A program made the position numbers and the translations under genes. From Anaerolineales bacterium UBA3499 (GTDB lineage: Bacteria; Chloroflexota; Anaerolineae; Anaerolineales; UBA11657), in assembly GCA_002377585.1 (NCBI GenBank), contig DFQC01000005.1, positions 11,715 to 75,714 on the forward strand: DNA of 64,000 bases. Reading direction: 5' to 3'. The stretch's first letter is position 1. Every line of letters begins with the position of its first letter. Shown in pieces: positions 38,040 to 46,141 of this stretch. Under the pieces are notes generated by a model. It was not told the DNA's origin. It did no database searches and saw only the letters and a program-made list of their open reading frames with translations.

Positions 38040-40073
38040 TCAACTTTGCACCATGTCGCGAATATGTTCGACCACCTCCGGATTTGCTAAAGTTGTTATA
38101 TCGCCAACATCGGTCGTATTAGAAATGGAAGCGAGGACACGCCGCATGATTTTTCCTGACCGAGTTTTAGGCATGTCAGGCACAATCCAGACATTTTTAG
38201 GTCTGGCAATCTTGCCAATTTCGGTTTCAATTGCAAGTACTATTGCTTTTTCAAGATCCTTGCTGGCTTGCACTCTAGGTTGCAGCGAAACATAGACATC
38301 AGGCACTGTCCCTTTCAGATCATCTGAAACCGGCACAACAGCTGCTTCTGCCAGTTCAGGAATAGTCATACAGGCCGACTCCAGCTCTTTAGTACCTAGC
38401 CTATGACCCGCAACATTGATAACATCATCGACTCGACCCAATATACGATAATAACCATCCGAACTCTGTGTAGCAGCATCACCTGGAAAGTACGGCCAGT
38501 CACGCCAATCTTTACTTTCTGGATTCTTACAGTATTTCTGATAGTAAGTTTTGACATAGCGGTCACGGTCTCCCCATATGGTTTGCAATCCACCTGGCCA
38601 CGGATTCTGTATACAAATGTTGCCAGCTATACCACTACCTTCCGCTACTGTATTTCCATCTTCATCATAAATCACCGGATGTATCCCAGGCATCGCCGGA
38701 CCAGCACTACCTGGTTTCATAGCGTGGAGAGCAGGCATTGTGCTACACAAAAACCCTCCTGTCTCAGTCTGCCACCAAGTATCCACGACAGCAGCTTTGC
38801 CTTTACCAATAACGTCATAGTACCAACGCCACACCTCTGGTTCAATTGGTTCACCAACTGTAGTCATATGCTTAAACTCAAAATTATATTTTTTCGGTTC
38901 GTCAGGCCCAGATTTGCGCAACATACGTACCGTAGTAGGTGCTGTATGGAAAATATTTACACCTAAACGCTCAGCGATGCGCCAAGGTCGACCAGCATCT
39001 GGAAAAGTTGGTACACCTTCATACATGACACTGGTAGCAGCTAGCGCCAATGGACCATACACTATATATGAGTGTCCAGTAATCCAACCAATGTCAGCCA
39101 TACACCAGTACACATCTTCAGGATGTATATCCTGAACATATTTTGAAGTACCAGCCACATAGGTAAGATAACCACCGATACTATGTTGACATCCTTTAGG
39201 CTTGCCTGTAGTACCGCTGGTATACATCAAAAAGAGGGGAGCATCCGCATCTAACTCTACAGGATCAACTCTAACACCGCTAAACTTTGATAAATGTTCA
39301 TCTATGAAAAAATCACGGTCCGGCTTCATAGGAACCTCTGATTGATATGCGTCTGGATAACGCCTCCAGACCAACACCTTGTCGACAATTTGCCCAGCAT
39401 CACTTGCTACTTTAACTGCCTCATCAGCCTTAACTTTGTGATCCAACATTTTGCCATTACGATAATAGCCATCAGTAGTGATAAGAATTGAACTGCCTGA
39501 ATCGGCAATCCTTTCACCACAAGCCTTGCCACTAAACCCACCAAAAACTACCGAGTGAATAATACCCAGGCGAGCACAAGCAAGCATCACAACAGGAAGC
39601 TCAGTAGACATTGGCATATGAATTGTTACACGATCACCTGTGTTAAGTCCTGCAAAATCACGTAAAAGAGCAGCTGTCTCATTCACTCGTACATAAAGCT
39701 CTTGATATGTAACAATCTCATGTGGCTCGTGCTCAAGTTCAGGCACAAACACAATCGCGGCTTTATTTCGATTTGCAACCAGATGACGATCTACACAATT
39801 GTAGCTAGCATTGATTTTTCCTCCTACAAACCATTTCCAACAAGGAGCATCACTAGCATCAAATGTTGTATCCCATCTTTTGTACCAGCTTAATAAATCA
39901 GCGTATTCATGAAAACATTCAGGAAAATTATCCAGACCAAAACGATTATAGATACCTTGGTCCGTCATATTAGCTTGCGCTACAAATTCATCGCTAGGAT
40001 GAAAATATTGTTCTTCTTGCCAATGTACGGCAATTTGTGCTTCCGTTACCTTTCCGTGATCTTTATTGTTCAT
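38040..40073 (-). CDS. acs: Acetyl-CoA synthetase (AMP-forming acetate--CoA ligase family)
   Basis: 677-aa ORF; AMP-binding motif YTSGTTGKPKG, TWWQTETGG, C-terminal RSGKIMRR. Confidence 0.85.
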   Translation of the reverse strand: MNNKDHGKVTEAQIAVHWQEEQYFHPSDEFVAQANMTDQGIYNRFGLDNFPECFHEYADLLSWYKRWDTTFDASDAPCWKWFVGGKINASYNCVDRHLVANRNKAAIVFVPELEHEPHEIVTYQELYVRVNETAALLRDFAGLNTGDRVTIHMPMSTELPVVMLACARLGIIHSVVFGGFSGKACGERIADSGSSILITTDGYYRNGKMLDHKVKADEAVKVASDAGQIVDKVLVWRRYPDAYQSEVPMKPDRDFFIDEHLSKFSGVRVDPVELDADAPLFLMYTSGTTGKPKGCQHSIGGYLTYVAGTSKYVQDIHPEDVYWCMADIGWITGHSYIVYGPLALAATSVMYEGVPTFPDAGRPWRIAERLGVNIFHTAPTTVRMLRKSGPDEPKKYNFEFKHMTTVGEPIEPEVWRWYYDVIGKGKAAVVDTWWQTETGGFLCSTMPALHAMKPGSAGPAMPGIHPVIYDEDGNTVAEGSGIAGNICIQNPWPGGLQTIWGDRDRYVKTYYQKYCKNPESKDWRDWPYFPGDAATQSSDGYYRILGRVDDVINVAGHRLGTKELESACMTIPELAEAAVVPVSDDLKGTVPDVYVSLQPRVQASKDLEKAIVLAIETEIGKIARPKNVWIVPDMPKTRSGKIMRRVLASISNTTDVGDITTLANPEVVEHIRDMVQS

Positions 40074-40310
40074 GGTTGTAATCCTTTAATCCTAATAAGT
40101 AGTGCCATGAAAGTGTCTAGCTACTTTAGCACAACGATACCGAATTGCAAATATGTGTGTCAAGTTAAAACTTTGTTAGCGGCAACTTAAAGACAAGAGG
40201 TTCATTCACCAACATAATTTGGGGGGAAGCGCGCGATATGTTATTATCACTCGCAACAAATACTGGATAACAGTAGCACTCGACTATTTCAAGTACAGGA
40301 AATATTAGTA

Positions 40311-40622
40311 TTGATTATAAAATTCTACTCGACACTCAGAAATATTGCGGGAGCGAAAGCTGTTGAAATCAATATTCCCAACGGGACGACAATTCAACAA
40401 TTAGCTACCAAAATTGTTGAGCTTTATCCTAATATGCGTAGAGATTTACTGGATGACAATGGGAAAATACATGGTCATGTTCATATATTTGTTGATGGAC
40501 TTGATGTGCTATTTCTAAGCAATAACACATCCGAGATAATATCCAATGACAGTGTAGTGGATGTTTTCCACGCAATAGGAGGTGGAAATTACCATATTAA
40601 TATTGTAGTTTGTTTAGGTTAA
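40311..40622 (+). CDS. MoaD/ThiS-family ubiquitin-fold sulfur-carrier-like protein with 11-residue extension after the GG(G) motif
   Basis: 103-aa ORF (TTG start); beta-grasp pattern ...DSVVDVFHAIGGG followed by NYHINIVVCLG before the stop. Confidence 0.55.
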   Translation: MIIKFYSTLRNIAGAKAVEINIPNGTTIQQLATKIVELYPNMRRDLLDDNGKIHGHVHIFVDGLDVLFLSNNTSEIISNDSVVDVFHAIGGGNYHINIVVCLG

Positions 40623-40706
40623 GTTTATAAGAATCGTACGGTTTATTCTTTCAAAAGCCGATGTTTGCCTTTAAATCAATGTAAATATCTTGCTATACAT
40701 TCACAA

Positions 40707-42308
40707 CTATGAAGAGTTAATCGAACACTCTACTTTTTCCAATACAGCAATAGTATATTCTTGATCAAGCAGTTCTTGTAAATCGGACAATTTATCACCT
40801 CTAACTTCTATAATATTATCTTTCGCTGGCTCTCTAGATGCATTCAACAGATAAGCCCATCGATACATTCCGTCATATTTTTCTCTGGTAATACCTCGCA
40901 CCAAATTCATATCCGAATCATGAACCCAATTTACGATAAGATCGGGGCACAATGCAAGCACGTAGTCAGCATCATATTTGTTGTGTCCCACCTCAAAAAA
41001 TGTAGTTTGAGTACGTGCTATATATCTATCATTCAGACCAAGCATGTCAATTGTTTTAAGTCCAGAGTAATATGGGATCTTTCCAGCAGCCTCTACTGCT
41101 AACAACGCACCCTTATAATTCTCGCCAAGATACCGACCTAACTCAATATTACGATCGTATTTCTCAAATGTATATATAAATCTATCATCTAATACAACCA
41201 TGCGTAATTGAAGCACAACAAACAAACTAATGAGAAATATGCGACCATATGTCTTTAATTCTGGGCCAATATGCCTGAAGAACATTACAATTCCAAGAGG
41301 ATAAAGTACAACAAGAAATCTTTCTACAAAATGATCAGCACCTATATAAATCCAATAGGCTAACCAAAGCGGAACAAATACCGTGTCAAAACCATATAAC
41401 TGATTTCTTTCACCTTGACCAACCCGTCTATATCCAATGATTAACTGCGCAACAACAAAAATGAAGGTCAACAAATATACAAAAAGACCTTCATTCATGG
41501 CGATTCCCCAAAGCTGACGAATAGCAAAAAACACGCGTTCAACAAAAGGACCAGAAACTTTTGCATAATAAGTGTTAGGAAGTAGGTCTCCATAATAACT
41601 CAACCGCCAGGCTGAATACATAACCATAGTCCCAACAAACGTAATAGACGACCAGAGAGCAACTTTATAACGTCCTCGAATGACCACATAGGCAATAGCA
41701 ATAGCAGCAATAATAAATCCATCAGCTCTGGACATAATTATTGCAACTATCAGAACACTAAACAACACTGCTTTATTAATATGATCATGTGCAACTTGTT
41801 CAATAGCCACTAGGATCAATAATGTAACAAGAAGCACCAGAGCCGTTTCCATTCCTGACCCTACCCATATCCACAAAGGAGGAGTGAGAGCAAACAGCAA
41901 TGCAGCTAGCGACCCATTAACATGTCCAAAACGGGCATAAGCATATCGCGCAAACACATATAAACCAACAACAGCAAAAACAATATTCAAAACAACGGAC
42001 ACAAGATAAATATTTTTTGCTGCTCCTAACAAAAACACTGGGGTCAACACTAGAACATATAGTAAGTTTGAATACCCCTCTACCCGATCACCCGGGTTAA
42101 ACACTAGCCCATGCCCTTCGGCAAAATTCTTGGCATATCTATAGGAAATATAGGCATCATCCGTCCCCCATGCATCTCCACTCCAGTCATAATGAAAATA
42201 ACCCAGATAAGAATGAGCAGCACAACCCAATACCAATAAGATTGCAGAAACATGTACCAACCAATATCGATTGATTGGCAAAAACCAAGATTTAGAATTC
42301 ATTTGCAA
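40707..42308 (-). CDS. Polytopic membrane protein, GT-C-fold glycosyltransferase-like (arabinofuranosyl/ArnT-like)
   Basis: 533-aa ORF; more than 10 predicted TM helices, acidic first-loop motif [32 protein letters not shown], ~130-aa soluble C-terminus. Confidence 0.45.
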   Translation of the reverse strand: MQMNSKSWFLPINRYWLVHVSAILLVLGCAAHSYLGYFHYDWSGDAWGTDDAYISYRYAKNFAEGHGLVFNPGDRVEGYSNLLYVLVLTPVFLLGAAKNIYLVSVVLNIVFAVVGLYVFARYAYARFGHVNGSLAALLFALTPPLWIWVGSGMETALVLLVTLLILVAIEQVAHDHINKAVLFSVLIVAIIMSRADGFIIAAIAIAYVVIRGRYKVALWSSITFVGTMVMYSAWRLSYYGDLLPNTYYAKVSGPFVERVFFAIRQLWGIAMNEGLFVYLLTFIFVVAQLIIGYRRVGQGERNQLYGFDTVFVPLWLAYWIYIGADHFVERFLVVLYPLGIVMFFRHIGPELKTYGRIFLISLFVVLQLRMVVLDDRFIYTFEKYDRNIELGRYLGENYKGALLAVEAAGKIPYYSGLKTIDMLGLNDRYIARTQTTFFEVGHNKYDADYVLALCPDLIVNWVHDSDMNLVRGITREKYDGMYRWAYLLNASREPAKDNIIEVRGDKLSDLQELLDQEYTIAVLEKVECSINSS

Positions 42309-42383
42309 TAATACTAAACATGAACAAGTATCTAATTTTATACCGTACTCTTTAAATTTTTTCTGATGTATTACAGTCCAAGC

Positions 42384-42827
42384 TCATTTTTCAATACGTA
42401 ACACTACACAATCAAAAAATTCACCTACTAATTTTTTGGTAACGCCTGGTGCTAGACGCATAGCTAGACTTGCAATACGACCCATAATTTGCACGTTAGC
42501 CTCCCAATACAGCTCGGTTACGTTAGGTTCTGATTCATTGAGTGTCATTGTGCCCTCCACCTCTGCTGCGCTACCGGGCGCACTGCCCCTAGCGCGCATT
42601 TTTGCGCGATTAGGTTCATCTAATTCTATCCACTCAACATCCATTGCAAAACTCACCTTAACTGCCCCAAGAGCAATACCAACATTTGTGCGGAACTGCT
42701 TGTCTGGAACAACAACTTCCACCTCCTGCACTCCTGGTGCACATTGACTAACTAAATGTGGATCAGTTAAAAACTCCCAGACAGTCTCTCTTTTAGATTT
42801 TATAAGTACACTACCATCAAAATTCAT
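42384..42827 (-). CDS. coxG: SRPBCC-fold CoxG-family protein (carbon monoxide dehydrogenase subunit G-like)
   Basis: 147-aa ORF; CoxG-like pattern (VWEFLTDPHLVSQCAPGV..., ...KLVGEFF). Confidence 0.7.
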   Translation of the reverse strand: MNFDGSVLIKSKRETVWEFLTDPHLVSQCAPGVQEVEVVVPDKQFRTNVGIALGAVKVSFAMDVEWIELDEPNRAKMRARGSAPGSAAEVEGTMTLNESEPNVTELYWEANVQIMGRIASLAMRLAPGVTKKLVGEFFDCVVLRIEK

Positions 42828-42994
42828 CGCTTCCTCCGAAAATATCCTAATAATGACTTTATAATATAACCAGAACTATACAATTCTACCTCACATTACA
42901 ACCAACATTGTATAAACCAGTATGTTAATGAAAATATAATGAAAATCATCTATAATCACTGAAAATATAGTTATACCAGAAGGAGAGTATCTGA

Positions 42995-44023
42995 ATGAAC
43001 GTTGCAAATCTTGTAAGTGTATTGGCCAGCATATCTTGGCTATTACTGATAGGTAGCATACTGTTCGCTGGCGCAAGTGTGGCCCGCGGAGGACGTGCAA
43101 AATCGTTTGCTAGCTTGGTCATAGGAACTTTAGCTCTTGCCCTTGTGCTCTCAACAATCAGCCAAGGTTTAGTGTTCATACAACCAGAATCGCGTGCGGT
43201 GGTTATCAGTGCTCTACGTCAAACAGGAATAAGAAGTCAAGCGCTTCAACCTGGTTTACGTTTTATAACACCATTTTTTGAAGATGTCGTAATCTATCCA
43301 ATAGCAAAACAAACATATACGATGTCCGGAGCGGCAGCAGAAGGTCAAATAAGCGGCGACGACTCGATAGTAGCTCGTACCTCGGATGGTCAAGAAGTGC
43401 GTATAGATGCCTCAGTGATATTCTCAATAGATCCAACACAAGTAGTCGATGTACACATCGAATGGCAAAACCGTTATGTTGACGGACTGGTTCGTCCACA
43501 ACTTCGTGGTATAGCACGAGACTCAGCAGCACGATATGGAGTTGAAGATATATACAGCCTTAAACGTGATGATCTTGCAATAGAAATTGAAGACGCATTA
43601 CGTATTACTTTAGATGATAATGGGCTAATTCTGGATGACTTTGTCCTAAGAAATATCACCTTCACCGCAGAATATGCTGCTGTTATTGAACAGAAACAAA
43701 TAGCGGAACAAGAAGTTCAGCGCCAGGCCTTTGTAGTAAAACAGCGAGAACAGGAGGCTGAGCAGCTGCGACAGAAATCCAAAGGTGAAGCCGATGCTGC
43801 TGTTATTGCATCAGAAGGTAAAGCTAAGGCAATATTGGTAGAGGCAGAAGCTCAAGCAGAAGCATTACGACAACTTGGTGAAGCCCTTAAGACAAGTCCT
43901 GACCTAATACAATACACTTATGTACAAGAGTTAAGCGATGATGTGGAAGTCATGTTGCTACCAGCCAATAGTCCTTATCTCTTCAATCTACCTGAACTTA
44001 ATAATATGGGTGATAACGACTAA
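42995..44023 (+). CDS. SPFH/band-7 (prohibitin/HflC-like) membrane protein
   Basis: 342-aa ORF; N-terminal TM segments, SPFH domain, Ala/Glu/Gln-rich coiled-coil (QREQEAEQLRQKSKGEADA); AGGAG RBS upstream. Confidence 0.85.
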   Translation: MNVANLVSVLASISWLLLIGSILFAGASVARGGRAKSFASLVIGTLALALVLSTISQGLVFIQPESRAVVISALRQTGIRSQALQPGLRFITPFFEDVVIYPIAKQTYTMSGAAAEGQISGDDSIVARTSDGQEVRIDASVIFSIDPTQVVDVHIEWQNRYVDGLVRPQLRGIARDSAARYGVEDIYSLKRDDLAIEIEDALRITLDDNGLILDDFVLRNITFTAEYAAVIEQKQIAEQEVQRQAFVVKQREQEAEQLRQKSKGEADAAVIASEGKAKAILVEAEAQAEALRQLGEALKTSPDLIQYTYVQELSDDVEVMLLPANSPYLFNLPELNNMGDND

Positions 44024-44043
44024 AGCTATATATGATTTACAAC

Positions 44044-44079
44044 AAAAAAAGGGCCTCTATCTCATAGGCCCTTTTTTTT
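44044..44079. terminator. Bidirectional intrinsic terminator between the SPFH gene and tRNA-Ser
   Basis: A7-GGGCC-(11-nt loop)-GGCCC-T8; stem arms at 44051-44055 and 44067-44071, flanked by an A-run and a T-run. Confidence 0.7.
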
Positions 44080-44090
44080 GTTGTAACAAG

Positions 44091-44177
44091 CGGAGAGGGT
44101 GGGATTCGAACCCACGGTGACCGTAAGGCCACAACGCTTTTCGAGAGCGCCCCGTTCGTCCACTCCGGCACCTCTCC
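44091..44177 (-). tRNA. tRNA-Ser (anticodon CGA), class II with long variable arm; no encoded CCA
   Basis: Hand-folded reverse complement: acceptor GGAGAGG/CCTCTCC, anticodon stem GCGCT/AGCGT with loop CTCGAAA, long variable arm, T-arm GTGGG-TTCGAAT-CCCAC, discriminator G followed by CTT. Confidence 0.93.
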
Positions 44178-44211
44178 CAAAATAGCGATTATATATGATA
44201 TCCGTTAGTTG

Positions 44212-45360
44212 TCATGGAACAATATCGCGAAGCACTCTCAGTATCTCCTTTCCATACTCTTTGCGTCGCCAAGGTCCTAAATCCTGAGTCGATCTCAGCT
44301 CTGTATGATTGACCGGATTCTGCTTAGCCAAGTTCCACAACACCTCTCGAGCGACAATTACATCGGAAGCTACACCTCGTTTCCTAGCACGTAATTTGCG
44401 CCACTCCCTTAGAGAATCATATCGAAGAGATATCAATGGATCAATTCTTCTAATTTTTGGTCTAGGTGGATGCTCAGCATGCTCACCACGCCTAATTGCG
44501 CTCAGTATGCCTTTTTGATAGCGTCTAATCTGACCTGAAGTCATACCTTTAATAGAGCTTAGTGCATGAACATTCGGAGGACGCTCCTTGGCAATATCCA
44601 AAAGTACAGCGTTACCGATGATACGAAATGAAGGCACATCCCTCATGGATGCAATCCTTTCACGATACTTGTATAGCTCGCATAACACAGCACTATTTTT
44701 GCCGCTAAGTTTACGTGCTCCCGCAATTTGCCAGAAATCATTAGATGACCAACTACTACCTTGTTTGCGGATTTTTCGAATACTTGCTTCAGAGATCCGT
44801 TCAAATTCTTCGTACACCTCAGGCAATTGACACAGTTTACGAATAGTAGCTTCTAAATGATCACGCAATTTCAACAAATAGTGGGTATCTAATTGTGCAT
44901 AAGACAATTGATCGTCATTTAATGGTCTTACAGCCCAATTAGCACGCTGAAACTTCTTGTTGATTGGTATTGAATAATGCTTGGACAAAATTGAAGCTAG
45001 ACCCACTTTCTCCCAACCCAACGTTCTCGCAGCCACCATAGTATCGAAAAGACCATTTACCTTCCAGCCAAAGTCACGCCATAAACCAATCAGGTCATAC
45101 TCAGCCGCATGAAACACCTTCTCTATACACGGATTGGAAAATACTGAACTCAATATGTCAATATTTCCAACAGCAAAAGGATCAACAATGAAATCTTCTT
45201 GCCGAGTCGAAAATTGAATCAGACACACTTTTTCCCTATAAGCGTGCAGAGAGTTAGATTCAGTATCTACTGCTATGACTCGTTCACGATTTAGCTTGCC
45301 AACAACAGAATTTAAGCAATCATCTGTAAATACCAACCGAGCCGGTTTAATGTCATTCAT
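44212..45360 (-). CDS. rnd: Ribonuclease D (DEDD 3'-5' exonuclease plus HRDC domain)
   Basis: Exonuclease motifs (IAVDTESN, AAEYDL, YAQLDTHYL) and C-terminal HRDC-like region. I prefer the internal ATG at 45360 (MNDIKPARLVF) because the longer ORF (to 45474) runs through the divergent promoter and into the Rieske gene start. Confidence 0.8.
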   Translation of the reverse strand: MNDIKPARLVFTDDCLNSVVGKLNRERVIAVDTESNSLHAYREKVCLIQFSTRQEDFIVDPFAVGNIDILSSVFSNPCIEKVFHAAEYDLIGLWRDFGWKVNGLFDTMVAARTLGWEKVGLASILSKHYSIPINKKFQRANWAVRPLNDDQLSYAQLDTHYLLKLRDHLEATIRKLCQLPEVYEEFERISEASIRKIRKQGSSWSSNDFWQIAGARKLSGKNSAVLCELYKYRERIASMRDVPSFRIIGNAVLLDIAKERPPNVHALSSIKGMTSGQIRRYQKGILSAIRRGEHAEHPPRPKIRRIDPLISLRYDSLREWRKLRARKRGVASDVIVAREVLWNLAKQNPVNHTELRSTQDLGPWRRKEYGKEILRVLRDIVP

Positions 45361-45390
45361 ATATTCTAGAATTATGATTACATTTAGTCG

Positions 45391-45414
45391 ATTGTCAACG
45401 TCAATGTTGACAAT
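45391..45414. promoter_or_regulatory. Perfect 9-bp inverted repeat ATTGTCAAC-N6-GTTGACAAT carrying two divergent TTGACA -35 hexamers
   Basis: Plus strand: TTGACA 45407-45412, 17-nt spacer, TAAATT 45430-45435, AGGAG RBS, ATG 45468. Minus strand: TTGACA (complement of 45393-45398), 16-nt spacer, CATAAT (complement of 45371-45376). Confidence 0.35.
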
Positions 45415-45467
45415 CAATAACCTTTGTGCTAAATTGTTCAATCTAAGGTAAGAGGAGTAAATACGAT

Positions 45468-46100
45468 ATGACAACAGCCAACGTAGCTACCCCAGCAGCC
45501 CCGCTTACACGTAGAGAGTTCCTATACTATGTCTGGGGAGCATCAATTGCTCTGTTCATGGCAGAAATGGGTGGTGCGTTGATTTGGTTTGCGTTGCCTC
45601 GATTTAAGGAAGGAGAGTTTGGAGGAGTAATTACTTTACCTATCTCCGACCTACCAACACCTGACTCAGGTCCTAAAGATTTGCCCGATGTACGTATCTG
45701 GCTTGTGAACCTAGGTGAGGGACGCATTGAAGACAACCGGCAACCCGGAGAATACACAGTCAATGGTGGAGTGCGAGCCCTATACAAAATATGCGTACAC
45801 TTAGGTTGTCTATATAAATGGGTACCTACCAACGACCGTTTTGAGTGTCCATGTCATGGTTCAAAGTATTTAGCAAGCGGGTCCCGTATAGACGGACCAG
45901 CAACGCGCAATTTAGACTCCTTTCCAATTGAATTCGTAGATGATGATGGCAATGTACTTGCACAGAGTAGTACAACAGGAACTGGAAAATCGGAAGAAGG
46001 TGGTGCACTGGCAATACCTTCAGGAGCTGTCGCGATACGAATAGATACAGGTCAGCGAGTTGAAGGCGCACCAAACACTCAACCAGGTGGTGGGATATAG
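45468..46100 (+). CDS. Rieske [2Fe-2S] subunit of a cytochrome bc/b6f-type complex
   Basis: 210-aa ORF; Tat-like N-terminus (TRREFLYYVWG), cluster boxes CVHLGC and CPCHGS. Confidence 0.85.
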   Translation: MTTANVATPAAPLTRREFLYYVWGASIALFMAEMGGALIWFALPRFKEGEFGGVITLPISDLPTPDSGPKDLPDVRIWLVNLGEGRIEDNRQPGEYTVNGGVRALYKICVHLGCLYKWVPTNDRFECPCHGSKYLASGSRIDGPATRNLDSFPIEFVDDDGNVLAQSSTTGTGKSEEGGALAIPSGAVAIRIDTGQRVEGAPNTQPGGGI

Positions 46101-46141
46101 TGTCGCCACATTTTTGTAAATAGTCACAGGAGAACTAATTT

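Noticed and set aside
38053-39135. Several plus-strand ORFs (80, 187 and 73 aa) and a 65-aa minus-strand ORF
   Set aside because: All are embedded in or antisense to the acetyl-CoA synthetase gene, which has strong AMP-binding motifs.
40074-40310. Possible Moco riboswitch or other structured leader in the 237-nt gap upstream of the MoaD-like gene
   Set aside because: I could not find the conserved Moco-motif sequence blocks or convincing nested helices by eye. Only a covariance-model (Rfam/Infernal) scan could settle this.
40626-40652. Weak hairpin AAGAAT...ATTCTT between the convergent MoaD-like and membrane protein genes
   Set aside because: It has only a 6-bp AT-rich stem without a proper U-tract, which is not enough to call a terminator.
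44024-44211. tRNA-Ser as an integration hotspot for a genomic island
   Set aside because: There is no integrase, no direct repeat of the tRNA 3' end and no visible compositional break on either side. The flanking genes are housekeeping.
45361-45474. N-terminal 38-codon extension of the RNase D ORF
   Set aside because: The extension (MSYRIYSSYLRLNN...) runs through the palindromic promoter region and overlaps the Rieske gene start. The conserved RNase D sequence begins after the internal Met at 45360.
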